Source of the DNA: Hydrurus foetidus
Lineage: Eukaryota
Direction of reading: 5' to 3'
Assembly (NCBI GenBank): GCA_900617105.1
Contig: UYFQ01000028.1
Coordinates: 1-62,256 of the forward strand
Length of the DNA stretch: 62,256 nucleotides
Shown here: positions 10,100 to 20,821 of the stretch, piece after piece
How the letters are laid out: each line of letters begins with the position of its first letter
Numbering within the stretch: position 1 is the first letter of the stretch
Translations under genes and position numbers: made by a program
Notes under the pieces: generated by a model
What the model saw: the letters and a program-made list of their open reading frames with translations, nothing else
The model's database searches: none
What the model was told of the DNA's origin: nothing

Positions 10100-11032
10100 C
10101 TAACCGGAATGTGAGCCTGCAGATATGCCGTATATTTGTTGTGCGTTGACTAGATCTGATCGTGCGAAGCTGATGCCTTTCATACTTCCTCTCTGAATGA
10201 TCTCCGCGGCAGCCTTATAACTGATATATCCCATCCTTTCCATAAAATTATAGGCATCACGCGCACCTGTCAGCTGCTTCTTGGTGTATTCCGCCGCCTT
10301 GGAGCTCACTGACACGACGAATGCCTGTTGGATCGTATCCAGGTCCATGATGCAATGGAAGGTTAGTGTCGGACCGTTGCACGGTACTGCTGTGAACACA
10401 TTGCTAACTTCATCGTAACTTAGTGCGTGTGTTTCTCGAAGCTTTTGGTAGCTGATGATGTTTGCTGTCATTAGGGGACTGTAATACCCCTTGATACTAA
10501 GATCTCTTATCGTGCCCTCTGTTGTGATTCTGACTCTGTCGCCTGTAATACCTTGTACAGTTACAGGGGAGTCCGTCACTCGTATATCCGTGGTAATGGC
10601 GGGACTGTGAAGAATGTGTATACTGGCCTGTGTGTCGAGCAACAGTAGTGTGTCCTGTCGCCCCGTAATTTTGGACAGGAACATGCGACTTGTGTCCTCA
10701 CTGGCGTCAGTCGAAGACCACTGAGAGGGACCCTTGAGCAGGCATGCGTCTTGGACTGTGCTGAGGAAGATGGTCTCATCATCTTCGGCGGCGAAATGGA
10801 CCCGCTTAACCGGGCATGCCGTGGACCGATGACCCTTTTTCCCACACGTCCAGCATACGATGTTTTCTGGCGTGATTGATCCCGAGTGATCTGGAGGAGT
10901 GAACTTCGTATTCTCGGTCAATCCTTTACTTCTAATCGCGGAGCGGCCTCTTCCTCTGCCACCACGGCCGCCGCGACCGCGACCTCCACGTCCTCGTCCT
11001 CTTCCCCCATCGATTTTGATATCTTCGGCCAT
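10100..11032 (-). CDS. Copia RGG box, zinc knuckle, protease and pre-integrase region (3'-truncated)
   Basis: GGRGRGRGGRGRGG, CCHC knuckle, DTQ protease motif. Confidence 0.8.
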   Translation of the reverse strand: MAEDIKIDGGRGRGRGGRGRGGRGGRGRGRSAIRSKGLTENTKFTPPDHSGSITPENIVCWTCGKKGHRSTACPVKRVHFAAEDDETIFLSTVQDACLLKGPSQWSSTDASEDTSRMFLSKITGRQDTLLLLDTQASIHILHSPAITTDIRVTDSPVTVQGITGDRVRITTEGTIRDLSIKGYYSPLMTANIISYQKLRETHALSYDEVSNVFTAVPCNGPTLTFHCIMDLDTIQQAFVVSVSSKAAEYTKKQLTGARDAYNFMERMGYISYKAAAEIIQRGSMKGISFARSDLVNAQQIYGISAGSHSG

Positions 11033-11047
11033 TGAGAGGTAAACACT

Positions 11048-11932
11048 CTAGAGATCTCTGATTGCATTTCCTCTAAATCGAATGATCTGAGCGTCCTTGA
11101 TTTCTTTCCATAATGTAGAGCTTGCATCTGGAAGGTCCGCAATTCCACGCCTTTCGTTGTCGAAGTAATCTTTGACCAAAGACGCATAACGGGACATATC
11201 GAGGCGATTCAAGATACCGACAACGAGCTCATCTTCGGGAATGATTGGCAGTCCTACGGAGCTTCTTTCCAGCTGATGGTCATCTACGCGTTTGCGAAAT
11301 GCGAAACTTGATTCGTAGCTCTGCATGCGGATTGTGGCCCACGACATCTGAACTCTTTCCCGGTCTTGTCCTGGATTACCGCTCTGTCGAGCGATATGCG
11401 TGGCCCGGATTCTTTGAATAAGGTACAGCAGATCTCTGTCTTGATAGCTTTCTACCCACAATTCGTCATCTTGAATCTCGCATCTTGACGAATCGCTCAA
11501 CTGCGCGTATACGAGCGCAAACACAGCTTGTTTGTTTTCTAGAATTTTCCTTGCATCTGACTTCCAATCTTTGTGATCGCTTAGGAAGTGGGCGAGGATT
11601 GCTTTGCCCAGGTTGCCAGCAGGAAACTCGTCAGGCATTTTCGGTTCTTCCTCTTCGTCTCCGTAGGCTGGAGGCGTCGACCAAAACGCCTGGCAAAGGC
11701 TGGGCTTGTATTTTATAGCCACGTGTTCACCGACAAGTTTGAGAAACTCAATCGGTTTGTTGTCCCTCGCTGGGGCACCAAAGTTCAGGCACGGCAAATC
11801 GGCACTGCTGCCCTTGAATTTGGGTTCTTTCTCAGCCTTCGGCTGTAAGCTAGGCCGCTCGCGTTGGGAATCTCTTCCCTGGCCTCTTTGCCCTTGATCT
11901 CTTGATCTTCGACCATGCCCGCGTCCGGACAT
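11048..11932 (-). CDS. gag: Copia Gag (capsid-like)
   Basis: 294-aa ORF (VFALVYAQLS, LLYLIQRIRATH, LNRLDMSRY), in frame with the next ORF across a single TAG. Confidence 0.75.
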   Translation of the reverse strand: MSGRGHGRRSRDQGQRGQGRDSQRERPSLQPKAEKEPKFKGSSADLPCLNFGAPARDNKPIEFLKLVGEHVAIKYKPSLCQAFWSTPPAYGDEEEEPKMPDEFPAGNLGKAILAHFLSDHKDWKSDARKILENKQAVFALVYAQLSDSSRCEIQDDELWVESYQDRDLLYLIQRIRATHIARQSGNPGQDRERVQMSWATIRMQSYESSFAFRKRVDDHQLERSSVGLPIIPEDELVVGILNRLDMSRYASLVKDYFDNERRGIADLPDASSTLWKEIKDAQIIRFRGNAIRDL

Positions 11933-12749
11933 AATTCTTTTCGGCGGATTCTCTCCGTTGCCAGATGCTCTCTGGTTTTGTTAGTAGATAGGATTCTCTC
12001 CTTCTATTCTTATATATATTTCTTTGTGTTCGGTTAAAACCGTTAAAACACCCGTGAATTCTCTGATGACTGATGCAGTCAACCTTGCGTAGATAATTCG
12101 TGTTTCTGAAGATTCCTTGCACTTGTAAAATTTATCTGAAGCTCCTGTTCTTGATGAAGTCTTGCTCGTATAGGCGCGCTTTCCTATACTCACGAGACTC
12201 TGCAGAAAGGAGTTCGAAAGAAGCTCTCTTTTGCGTTATTTACTTGGCAAAGAAATATGCAACACGCATTGTAAATGTAATGTAATGGTTGCACTATTTC
12301 ATATTCATGCTTGCACACAGCACAGCATCGTAAATTATCTACTTAGGTAGTTCTTCGAATCTTATCACTCAAGATTCTATTCATACATGAACAAGATACA
12401 AAGCACATCACTCGAAGGGCTCTCTTCTGCTGTCGGTGTCCTGTCCCCTCTGGGGAATACTGGTTGCCGGTCTCCCTGTCGTGCTCCTCTCCTACTACGC
12501 CCCTCGCTTGCCGAGCACGAAGGGAAGGCCGGATTGCTTTAAACGAATGTGTTGATAATGTTAACTTACGGGTGGTGTCGCTTGCGCGTCTAGCTTATTT
12601 GGTCCCCCTTCCCCCGCCCCAGACTGGAGTTTGGGGTCGGGGTCGCGGGGGCAGACCTTGGGTCAGGATGCCCTTCACCCAACATCCTCTCGAGGGCGTC
12701 GCACCTGGTGCAGCTGACCCTCCTCTGACTCCTGCTATTCTCCACTTCC

Positions 12750-14743
12750 TCACTTGCGTTCGGCTGGGAGCAACTTCATCACGTCGCTAAGCTCAGGGCG
12801 ATGACCGCCCGTGAGACTGTTAGCTGCCAGGGGCCCCAAGCCAGTCGCGTAGTCGTAGGTCGTGTTCATCACCTGCGAGTTAGGGGCGTAGTTCCCGCGG
12901 TCCCTGCGGTCGTCCTCCGACGTGCCTAGTGCTCTCATCTGGGTGATCGCACCTTTCCTCAGGGAGTGTGAGCTGAAGTAGCTCGGGGGGAGACCGTTGA
13001 GTGCACACGTTTTCTTCAGCTCCTCCCTCACTGTCCTCGCCCGCAAGTGCACCCTCTTGCCGCTCACTCCGTGACAGCTGAAGAGCTCCTCGGTACCCCC
13101 GGCTCCACTCTTAACGACAAAGAGGATAATGTCGTCAAGGAACTCGCTCTCCTCGGGCGACCGCCTGGCGACAAGCTTCGCCTTGGTGGTGACCTTCCCC
13201 TTGGTGCTCACCCCTTGCACCCTGCACTCCGCGATCTGCAGAGTGCCCCCAGGAATGTCGGACATGCCCAAGGACGACAGGTAACTTCCTAACACGCTCC
13301 TCGTGCCTCCCGTCGTCACAACCACAAATGTGAGGTCGTCCGTCCTCACGCAGTGGTCCACGTCCCCTGGCTCTGATTTGGTGTACTCCGACACGCGGGC
13401 GCCCAACTCGAATCCCCACATGCATCCCAGGTATGCCATCCTGCACTGCATGTCTGCCCCCTCCCATCCCTTTCCGACCCATAGCCGGTTCCTAATATCA
13501 ACTTCATCACGTCGCTAAGCTCAGGGCGATGACCGCCCGTGAGACTGTTAGCTGCCAGGGGCCCCAAGCCAGTCGCGTAGTCGTAGGTCGTGTTCATCAC
13601 CTGCGAGTTAGGGGCGTAGTTCCCGCGGTCCCTGCGGTCGTCCTCCGACGTGCCTAGTGCTCTCATCTGGGTGATCGCACCTTTCCTCAGGGAGTGTGAG
13701 CTGAAGTAGCTCGGGGGGAGACCGTTGAGTGCACACGTTTTCTTCAGCTCCTCCCTCACTGTCCTCGCCCGCAAGTGCACCCTCTTGCCGCTCACTCCGT
13801 GACAGCTGAAGAGCTCCTCGGTACCCCCGGCTCCACTCTTAACGACAAAGAGGATAATGTCGTCAAGGAACTCGCTCTCCTCGGGCGACCGCCTGGCGAC
13901 AAGCTTCGCCTTGGTGGTGACCTTCCCCTTGGTGCTCACCCCTTGCACCCTGCACTCCGCGATCTGCAGAGTGCCCCCAGGAATGTCGGACATGCCCAAG
14001 GACGACAGGTAACTTCCTAACACGCTCCTCGTGCCTCCCGTCGTCACAACCACAAATGTGAGGTCGTCCGTCCTCACGCAGTGGTCCACGTCCCCTGGCT
14101 CTGATTTGGTGTACTCCGACACGCGGGCGCCCAACTCGAATCCCCACATGCATCCCAGGTATGCCATCCTGCACTGCATGTCTGCCCCCTCCCATCCCTT
14201 TCCGACCCATAGCCGGTTCCTAATATCGCGGACGATGCTCTCGCACACTGGGAGCTTAGCCGAGCCTGTCGCCCCGCTGTCCCTCTTGGCCCGGAGCTCA
14301 TCTGGCTTCATCATGCACGCTGCCCGTGCTGTTGCTACGACAGGCTCCTCCAGGAACGACGCGGAGAGTGCCGCGCATACGAACTTCATCCGGATGCCCG
14401 CTGTGAAGGACGTCGCCGCTTTCCCTCTGAGACCAGCCTGGTGCTTACGGGCCATCATGAGCGCCACCATCGTGGCCTTCCCTTGGACGTCCATTCCGGA
14501 CAGGAACGGGTCCGACGTCTGCGTTTCCTCGCACACGAACTTCGTCCATGCTGCCCAGTGACCATCGTAGACTCGGTTAGTCTTTATTGCTACCGACTTC
14601 GACACAAACGCGGACAGGACGGTTCGGCTCTGCTCCGAGATGACTCCTCCTGCATGGCTGGTAGGACCTGCCTCCTCCCCCCTCTGTCCCCCCGCTGGTT
14701 TCCGGTCCTCTCGCACCTCCACGCTAGACCCCCCGATTCTCAC
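12750..14743 (-). CDS. Tyrosine recombinase, with an internal 728-bp tandem duplication of the catalytic domain
   Basis: GARVSEY (catalytic R), STK, SHSLRKGA (H-x-x-R), RGNY...TTY (catalytic Y). Native C-terminus ...KLLPAERK ends at 12750. Confidence 0.9.
12772..14227. repeat. Tandem duplication of 728 bp (12772-13499 = 13500-14227)
   Basis: Both copies give identical ORF translations (13047/13775, 13135/13863). Junction CCTAATATC|AACTTCATC. Confidence 0.95.
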
Positions 14744-14988
14744 TCCGCTGTCGCCGACGCATGCTGCTGCGGGAATAGACGAGCAAAATAGGCGACGGAA
14801 TGACGTCTTGTAAGCGATGACTGGCCGTGTGTGTGGTTAAGGTGAAGGGTGGTTAAGGTGGAGTTCACAGGCAGAAGGTGTATGGGGGCTGAAGTGTGGG
14901 GTCCGTAGGCGGGTGGACACCGGGTATGGACTCGTTCCGCTACCGACTGTTCATGTAGGGTGGCTGATTGCCCCCCCGGCCGACCCCA

Positions 14989-17223
14989 CTACTGCCTCCG
15001 CTTAGCCGAAGTCAAGAACAAGTCGATGGCGGTCTTCGCCTGCACCCAGAACCTGACAAAGTCTTCCTCCGAGTCCAGTTTGATTCTCGGGTCGCACAGT
15101 CTCACAATGCCGATGGCGCTGTCCGTTCCACAGAGATTTAGGACCGCTACATTCCCTAGCCCCATCCTCTGTGCATCCTCTGCTACTGACGTGGTCGGGT
15201 GGGTCCCTTTCCTCGATAGGAAATCGCAATTCGTATTGTCCACCCCCGCTATGTGCGTGACCTCGGTCACGTTGATGTCCGCGGCAAGGCAAAGTAGGGT
15301 CCACACCATCGACGCATTGGTGACGATGGAGCCCCTTGGCCTCTCCGTAAAGGCCCATGTATTGGCTGTGACACTGTCACCTCTTAACGCCAAGCTCCTT
15401 CCCGAGAAGCCGAGTAGAATTTGCCCTGCAACCGCAATTATCGCTCCTATGAACTCGGCTAGATTCTGGTAGGACGAATCGTCCCCGAACTCAAGAAAGC
15501 TTAGGTCCACTGCACAGACACCCAACGCTACCTCTGTGCCCCCCCCGCGTGCGAACCAAATGAGTCCAGCACCCTTTAGGGATGCGTCGAACTCCGCGAC
15601 GATGACAGGTGTGGCAGACGCGAAAGACTCAATTGTCTGCGTGAACTCAATTTCCCGGTACCTCACGAGGCACAATATCGCTCGCCAGCACTGTATGGCG
15701 ATGACGACCTCGGAGGACAGGAGGAAGAGGGCGTGAGGGTCGGCGCGTCCCCAGGTGACTCGATTGAGTGCACTGCAAAAGGGGCGCATGACCCGACATA
15801 TCTTACCGTATCGCGTTCCCCACGACGCGAGGCGCTGTGCCTGACGCAGGTTGATCCGCCGAGTGACGTCTGTCGACATGAAGCCATGTAATGCCGTCAA
15901 AAAATTCTTCCTGGCAATCAGCACCCGTTTCTTCGTCAGGTCGATAGTGTAACCAATGACGTCCAACCGTGGGCCGGACTCCGACTTGTCATCCGCCACT
16001 GCCCCCGGCCCGAGAAGGTCGGTGCAGATGCGCCGGGTAACTGCCATGTCGCTCTCGACCTGATCCGCGAAGCAGATTCCAACGATGTCATCAACGTACA
16101 TCACAGTACGACTCTCAAGACGGTGTCGCGTCTCCCACAACAACGCTCGGGTGACGACTTGGAATGCCGCCGGCGTACCCGCCCATCCAAAAATGCCGGC
16201 AAGTTGTAGGTAAACGAGCTCATTAGTTAGCAGCATTCCAAATAGTCCTACGTCGCTAGGTCTAAATGACAGGAGGGTGAAGGCGCCCTTGAGGTCCATC
16301 TTCCACAAGCGTAGATCAGACCACCGTCGGGAAGGGTTGGCAGCCTTTGCCTCCGTCCAAAATTCTTGTATCATGGCGGCGATGCCGTCAATAGTCGGGT
16401 GTTTGATCTGTCCGTAGTAGCTGGTGGCTGCTTCCGCTGTTTCGTCGGTGTTGATGGGGGTCCCGTCCACGTTGCTCAGGTCCCCAAGTGGGCGACCCGA
16501 GGCTTTCCCCTTCTTGGTGGTCCAGTGTGCCTTGCACAAGTGTAGGTTGGGCACGTGCTCCTGCGCCATGTTCAGTGGGAGGAGGAAAGCCAGTTTCTGC
16601 TCCACTACCGCGCCGAGCATCTTGTTCACAGCTGGCGCGACTGAGCAATAGACGGACCTCAAAGGGGACCTAGGTTGACGCCCGTTAGGCACAAAACCTT
16701 CCGGCTCGTGGACCTTCATCCCGATGGCTAAGTCCAGCATGAGGTTGCGCTCGGGATTGTCCTCCCTCAACGTTCGCTCGATCCTCTCTCGACTAAGCCT
16801 ATTTGCGGAGATAAGCGCCAGGCGACGCTTCACCATCTTTGTGAAATCCAAACCGGCTGCTCTTAGACATGCGACATCGCTGTCGATGTACCGCTGCGGG
16901 AACTCATACCCCTCCGCCCATTTGATGGCGGACGCTTCATCGTGGTCGTCTCTGGCCGCGTCGGAAGCTTCCTTTATCACTTCCTCCAGTTCCCGTGCGC
17001 TCGACTCTGACCCCCCCGGAAAACACGCAGACACCCACTTCTCCACCATGGGGGCTATCGACGACACCCTATGGGGGCCGCCCCCCCCGACCTCTATCTT
17101 TGTTGCCTGCACCGCACTGATACTGTCCAACCGAGGAGTTCCACTCGATCGCCGCGGTACTGGCTCCAACTTGCTGGTGCCTGATGAGATATAGTCGATG
17201 GCGGCATTAGTTGCCGTACTCAT
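14989..17223 (-). CDS. DIRS-type reverse transcriptase / RNase H (744 aa, intact)
   Basis: LWKMDLKGAF, IFGWAGTPAAF, VMYVDDIVG. RNase H EFDASLKGAG, QNLAEF, RGDS, THIAGVDNTNCDFLSR. Confidence 0.93.
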   Translation of the reverse strand: MSTATNAAIDYISSGTSKLEPVPRRSSGTPRLDSISAVQATKIEVGGGGPHRVSSIAPMVEKWVSACFPGGSESSARELEEVIKEASDAARDDHDEASAIKWAEGYEFPQRYIDSDVACLRAAGLDFTKMVKRRLALISANRLSRERIERTLREDNPERNLMLDLAIGMKVHEPEGFVPNGRQPRSPLRSVYCSVAPAVNKMLGAVVEQKLAFLLPLNMAQEHVPNLHLCKAHWTTKKGKASGRPLGDLSNVDGTPINTDETAEAATSYYGQIKHPTIDGIAAMIQEFWTEAKAANPSRRWSDLRLWKMDLKGAFTLLSFRPSDVGLFGMLLTNELVYLQLAGIFGWAGTPAAFQVVTRALLWETRHRLESRTVMYVDDIVGICFADQVESDMAVTRRICTDLLGPGAVADDKSESGPRLDVIGYTIDLTKKRVLIARKNFLTALHGFMSTDVTRRINLRQAQRLASWGTRYGKICRVMRPFCSALNRVTWGRADPHALFLLSSEVVIAIQCWRAILCLVRYREIEFTQTIESFASATPVIVAEFDASLKGAGLIWFARGGGTEVALGVCAVDLSFLEFGDDSSYQNLAEFIGAIIAVAGQILLGFSGRSLALRGDSVTANTWAFTERPRGSIVTNASMVWTLLCLAADINVTEVTHIAGVDNTNCDFLSRKGTHPTTSVAEDAQRMGLGNVAVLNLCGTDSAIGIVRLCDPRIKLDSEEDFVRFWVQAKTAIDLFLTSAKRRQ

Positions 17224-17645
17224 CTCAGGAGGTGGAGCACGACAGGGTCACGCACACACGTGCGACGACTCTCTGTCGGTGTTACAATCACATGGCATAC
17301 GCAAATCCCTCGTCACTCAGGGTGCCATGTGACTATGAACAGCTATGATTGGTCGTGAGTGAGAGACACTCGCTACCCTCGAGTGTCCTGTTTACGTCGC
17401 TATGAAGGCCACGCTCACACACGCATGCATTATTCACGCAACGTCCGCCCCAACGCTAAGACGGCATACTCGGCAGTGCAATGAACTAGCCCAAACAGCT
17501 GTAACAAGCACTGAACAGTGAGGGTTCCCTATATCGGTCTCAACGCACAAAGACAGAGGGAACACCTCACTGCCGATCACCGTGATCGACCCGATATCTG
17601 ACGGCATACATGAAGCAACGCACCTTCGGTTGTTGCTACCGCCAG

Positions 17646-19285
17646 TCATTTTCTGGCGGCAATTGCCCTCTTGATATCTGCGAGGGCTGCAGACGGCAGG
17701 CCCGCTGCAACGTCCAGCAACTTCTCGCTCGTCTTGCCGGCGATCGACACGTGACTGAAGATGCAGTCTTTGCCGAACTTGCACTCGTACGCGCGGCCAT
17801 CCCTCCTGGTAGCTCCCAGCTGCCCTCCAAGATGACCAGCGCAAGGTTTGGATGATTTGTCGCTAGCCCCCCCCACTCCTCCTTTCTCAAGTTTAACTTT
17901 CGCTGGAGCCTGAGGTTGGGATGGATTGCCGTTTGTCTTGGGAGTCTCACTGATGGGGGTGGACTTCGTGGCGGGGGATTTCGCTGCTGTCGCCATCTCC
18001 ACACGCCTCAGTTGCCGAAACCGAAAGAACGTGTCCATCTTAGTCATAGACTGATGATCAGACATGTTAGAAAGAAAGCACATTTCTCTGGGGTTTGCAC
18101 CGAGTCCGGCGGTTGTAACGAGGTACCTTTGGATGACCTCACAACTCGAAAAAACTTCCTGATTGAACTCTCGACGGAGAATTTCAATAGGTCCGAGGCA
18201 ACCATCTCCATAGGTTGATACACTCCTTCTAAATTGTCGAGGAAAACCTCCAGTACGTTTTCGAACGCGTCCGCCAGCAGAATGTGTAGGCACATCTGAA
18301 AGTTTTTCAGCGCTGCCACGAGCCCCTTATTTTGATTAGGGCATGCCGTGGACTTGCTTGAAATTGCCTCCCCAGTGACGAAGTCATCCAAGGTGAGAGA
18401 CGGCTCCACCGAACCCTCCATGAGGACCGAACCGGTTAAGAAGAGCTTCAGTTTCGCTTTGTCTCGAAACATGTACAGTCTCTGGACCCGTCCCACCAGG
18501 GAGCAGGCGGCGAAGGCCTCGTGCCGGTGACCAGATTGAGTCTCATACTGTTCACATATCATGCTGCGATACTCCTCGGGTTGTAGCGTCACATCAGGAC
18601 TGATGCAGTGATCTTGCTTCTGTTGGTCCATGGCCCGAAATACGAAATAAAGTTCTTTCTCCCTCTGTGATATGTCTGCTTTGGTCCTAGTTACGTGCCT
18701 TCCACCGTCAAGGTCGACAATCACATTTGACGTACCTTTTGCACGTTCTCCGGAATCCTCCGCCTGCTCGCCCACACCAACCAGCTGGCGGATGCAAGGT
18801 CGTTTGGCACACTCTGCGTCTGGTCCTAAAGTTTGCCCCAAAGGGACCGCGGCGCGAATAACAGCCAGAAGACGTGGTTTCGCAACCAAGTAACTGGGTT
18901 GTGAGGGGAATTTTAACAGTACTCCAACATCCGTAGGCAGCTCGCCTGTTCCAGCCGAGTACCCCATGCAATGACCGTACGTCATTCGCACCTGCGGCTT
19001 GTCGTGCACTTGCACAAAGACCGTTCTGCTGGCAGCCACGTACGTGAAATCCGCTACCATATCTTGCGCGGGAGGTGCCAGTGGAAGGATAATCACCGCA
19101 TCAGCTGGCACATTCGCAGCCGCCACAACCGCGGCCGACGACACGCCGTAGGCCTCGCCGTCCTCATTAGTTGCAGCGGCCTGCACCAACGAAGCGTTTT
19201 CCGACGCGTGCAATAGCACCGCTGGGGCTAGTTGGTAGATCGGGGAAACGATTCCAACAGGTGGTATCACAGGATTTGCACTCAT
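17646..19285 (-). CDS. ORF1 (gag-like) of YR retrotransposon 1 with C-terminal CCCH zinc finger; one frameshift near 18075
   Basis: First ATG gives MSANPV. Homologous to 49291-50823 (IVDLDGG..REKEL..FR..EEY). C-terminal CAGH...CKFGKDCIFSH. Confidence 0.75.
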
Positions 19286-19545
19286 CACTCTGTTATGTAA
19301 CTTGAATTGAACGATGATGGCTCTCCTTGAGATCAGGCGTTTCAAATAATTGTGACAACGTGCTTCACATCCATCGCATTTGACCCCTCTTTTTTAAAAT
19401 GTATGTTGTGACGAACTAAACTACGTTGAGGCTAATAACACGACATGGGGTGGCGGCCCAAGCTCCGTGGCGGTCCCGTGGTATTCCCCCCTATCTCCGC
19501 CCCTGAGGGGTCCGGCTCCGGTCAGCGGTCCCTGCTCCTCCCGCG

Positions 19546-20248
19546 CCAGAGAACCTGCGCTGCCGTGGCGGCATCTCCTAAATCTCGGATCCCAGTGGTG
19601 TCAAGAACCAAGTCGGAATCAAAAACTTAGTTGGATTTTGGTAGCTACGAGAACATTAATGAAAAATTTTCAAAAACCCTTTCTGAAAAGTGTGCCAGAC
19701 TAAACAAACAGTGGCGCATCCATTTCTGAAGTCAAAAATTTCAATACAATTTTTTTTGCTCTCATTTTCCCACAGTTTCAGAAGTGCTGAACTCAAATTC
19801 GATTACGAATGTGTTTTCGAAGAAAGTTAATGACAAAATCAAATCACTAATTGAATTAGTGTAGACCAATAAAGGTTTGACTTAAAACGGAAAAGTTCTT
19901 GAGATGCAATGACTTTCGTCATCAAATTGGGTTTTTCACGGTTTTCAGACTGATTTTTCACTGATTTCGTGGGGAAACAATTTTATGACTGAAATCATTG
20001 CATCTCAAGAACTTCCGTCAAACCTTTATGCAAAGCAATGAGAATTTGTTGTAACTTTCTTCGAAAACACCGTTTTGTTCAGCTGAAAGTGGGAAAAATC
20101 AAATTGCATTGCTGACTTGAAATGTTGAAAAGACACAGAAAGGGTTTTTTTTTGATTCTGAAGATTGTAAAATCAACTGATTTTTGACCACTGAATCCGG
20201 GAATCTGAAGGTGGGAGTAGTGAGCGGATTCCAACATGGGTTCTCTGG
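19546..20248. repeat. Large imperfect palindrome / foldback (~700 bp, centre near 19950)
   Basis: Nested inverted pairs: AGTTCTTGAGATGCAATGA/TCATTGCATCTCAAGAACT, GTGTTTTCGAAGAAAGTTA/TAACTTTCTTCGAAAACAC, ATAAAGGTTTGAC/GTCAAACCTTTAT, CCAGAGAACC/GGTTCTCTGG. Confidence 0.85.
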
Positions 20249-20821
20249 ACTGTAGAGAAGATTTCCACTTCGTGGAATTCCTGGACCTCGATGTGATTTT
20301 CCTTTTCAAACCTGAACCTCGCACAAGCGTACAGTACTGATTTGCACGCCTGCCCATACTGTAGCGTAGAGTGCAGCATACCAATTTGCATATTTCGTAA
20401 ATACTGCGCCGCCGAGTGCCGAGCTTTTTTCACACCCCGTAGCCAACCATGCCTATCTTTTATCTATCGTTTTGTTAATCTGACCACTCATGTGTTCACT
20501 GGGGGAAGGAGCCATAACAATCCACATGGAGAACCTTCTAGAAGAAGGAGATACTTTCCCCGTGCTCACAAGAGCGAACCCCAATGTAATATAACAAAAC
20601 AAGTCTTATGAGGGACCAAGTCCACCAATGTGGTGCGCACGTACGCGTAAGTACGGTGCCAAGTCCAGCGACGGGTTTTGTGAGCTAAATGAGAGGTCGG
20701 GTACGTGCGCGTTTGTCGGTGTACATACTCGGTGCTGTAAGTGGGGGACCTTGGGTCAACCGTACTTACGCGAACGTACGAAATAGGAGAGTGGAAAGCT
20801 TTTGGGAATAGAACCCGATCA

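Larger units (their letters stand above)
10100..12410 (-). mobile_element. Ty1/Copia retrotransposon 5' fragment (gag, protease, pre-integrase); truncated before the integrase core; LTR limits uncertain
   Basis: Zinc knuckle CWTCGKKGHRSTAC, protease LLLDTQASIHIL, then pre-integrase-like segment MGYISYKAAAEII...DLVNAQQIYG directly after the protease (Copia order). Confidence 0.8.
12420..19500 (-). mobile_element. Tyrosine-recombinase retrotransposon 1 (DIRS order): ORF1, RT/RNase H, YR; ends not defined
   Basis: GC-rich block with three co-oriented, non-overlapping ORFs. Homologous along its length to 49291-53975. Confidence 0.9.

Noticed and set aside
12055..12110. Hammerhead ribozyme at CTGATGA
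   Set aside because: A short stem follows but there is no GAAA core and no stems I/III.
12654..12665. GACCTTGGGTCA shared with 20747-20758 as a split direct repeat of the YR element
   Set aside because: A 12-nt match without extension is expected by chance in 62 kb.
14989..17223. Bacterial retron, DGR or group II intron RT next to a phage integrase
   Set aside because: The RT carries a DIRS-type RNase H and sits in an ORF1-RT-YR layout within intron-containing eukaryotic DNA.
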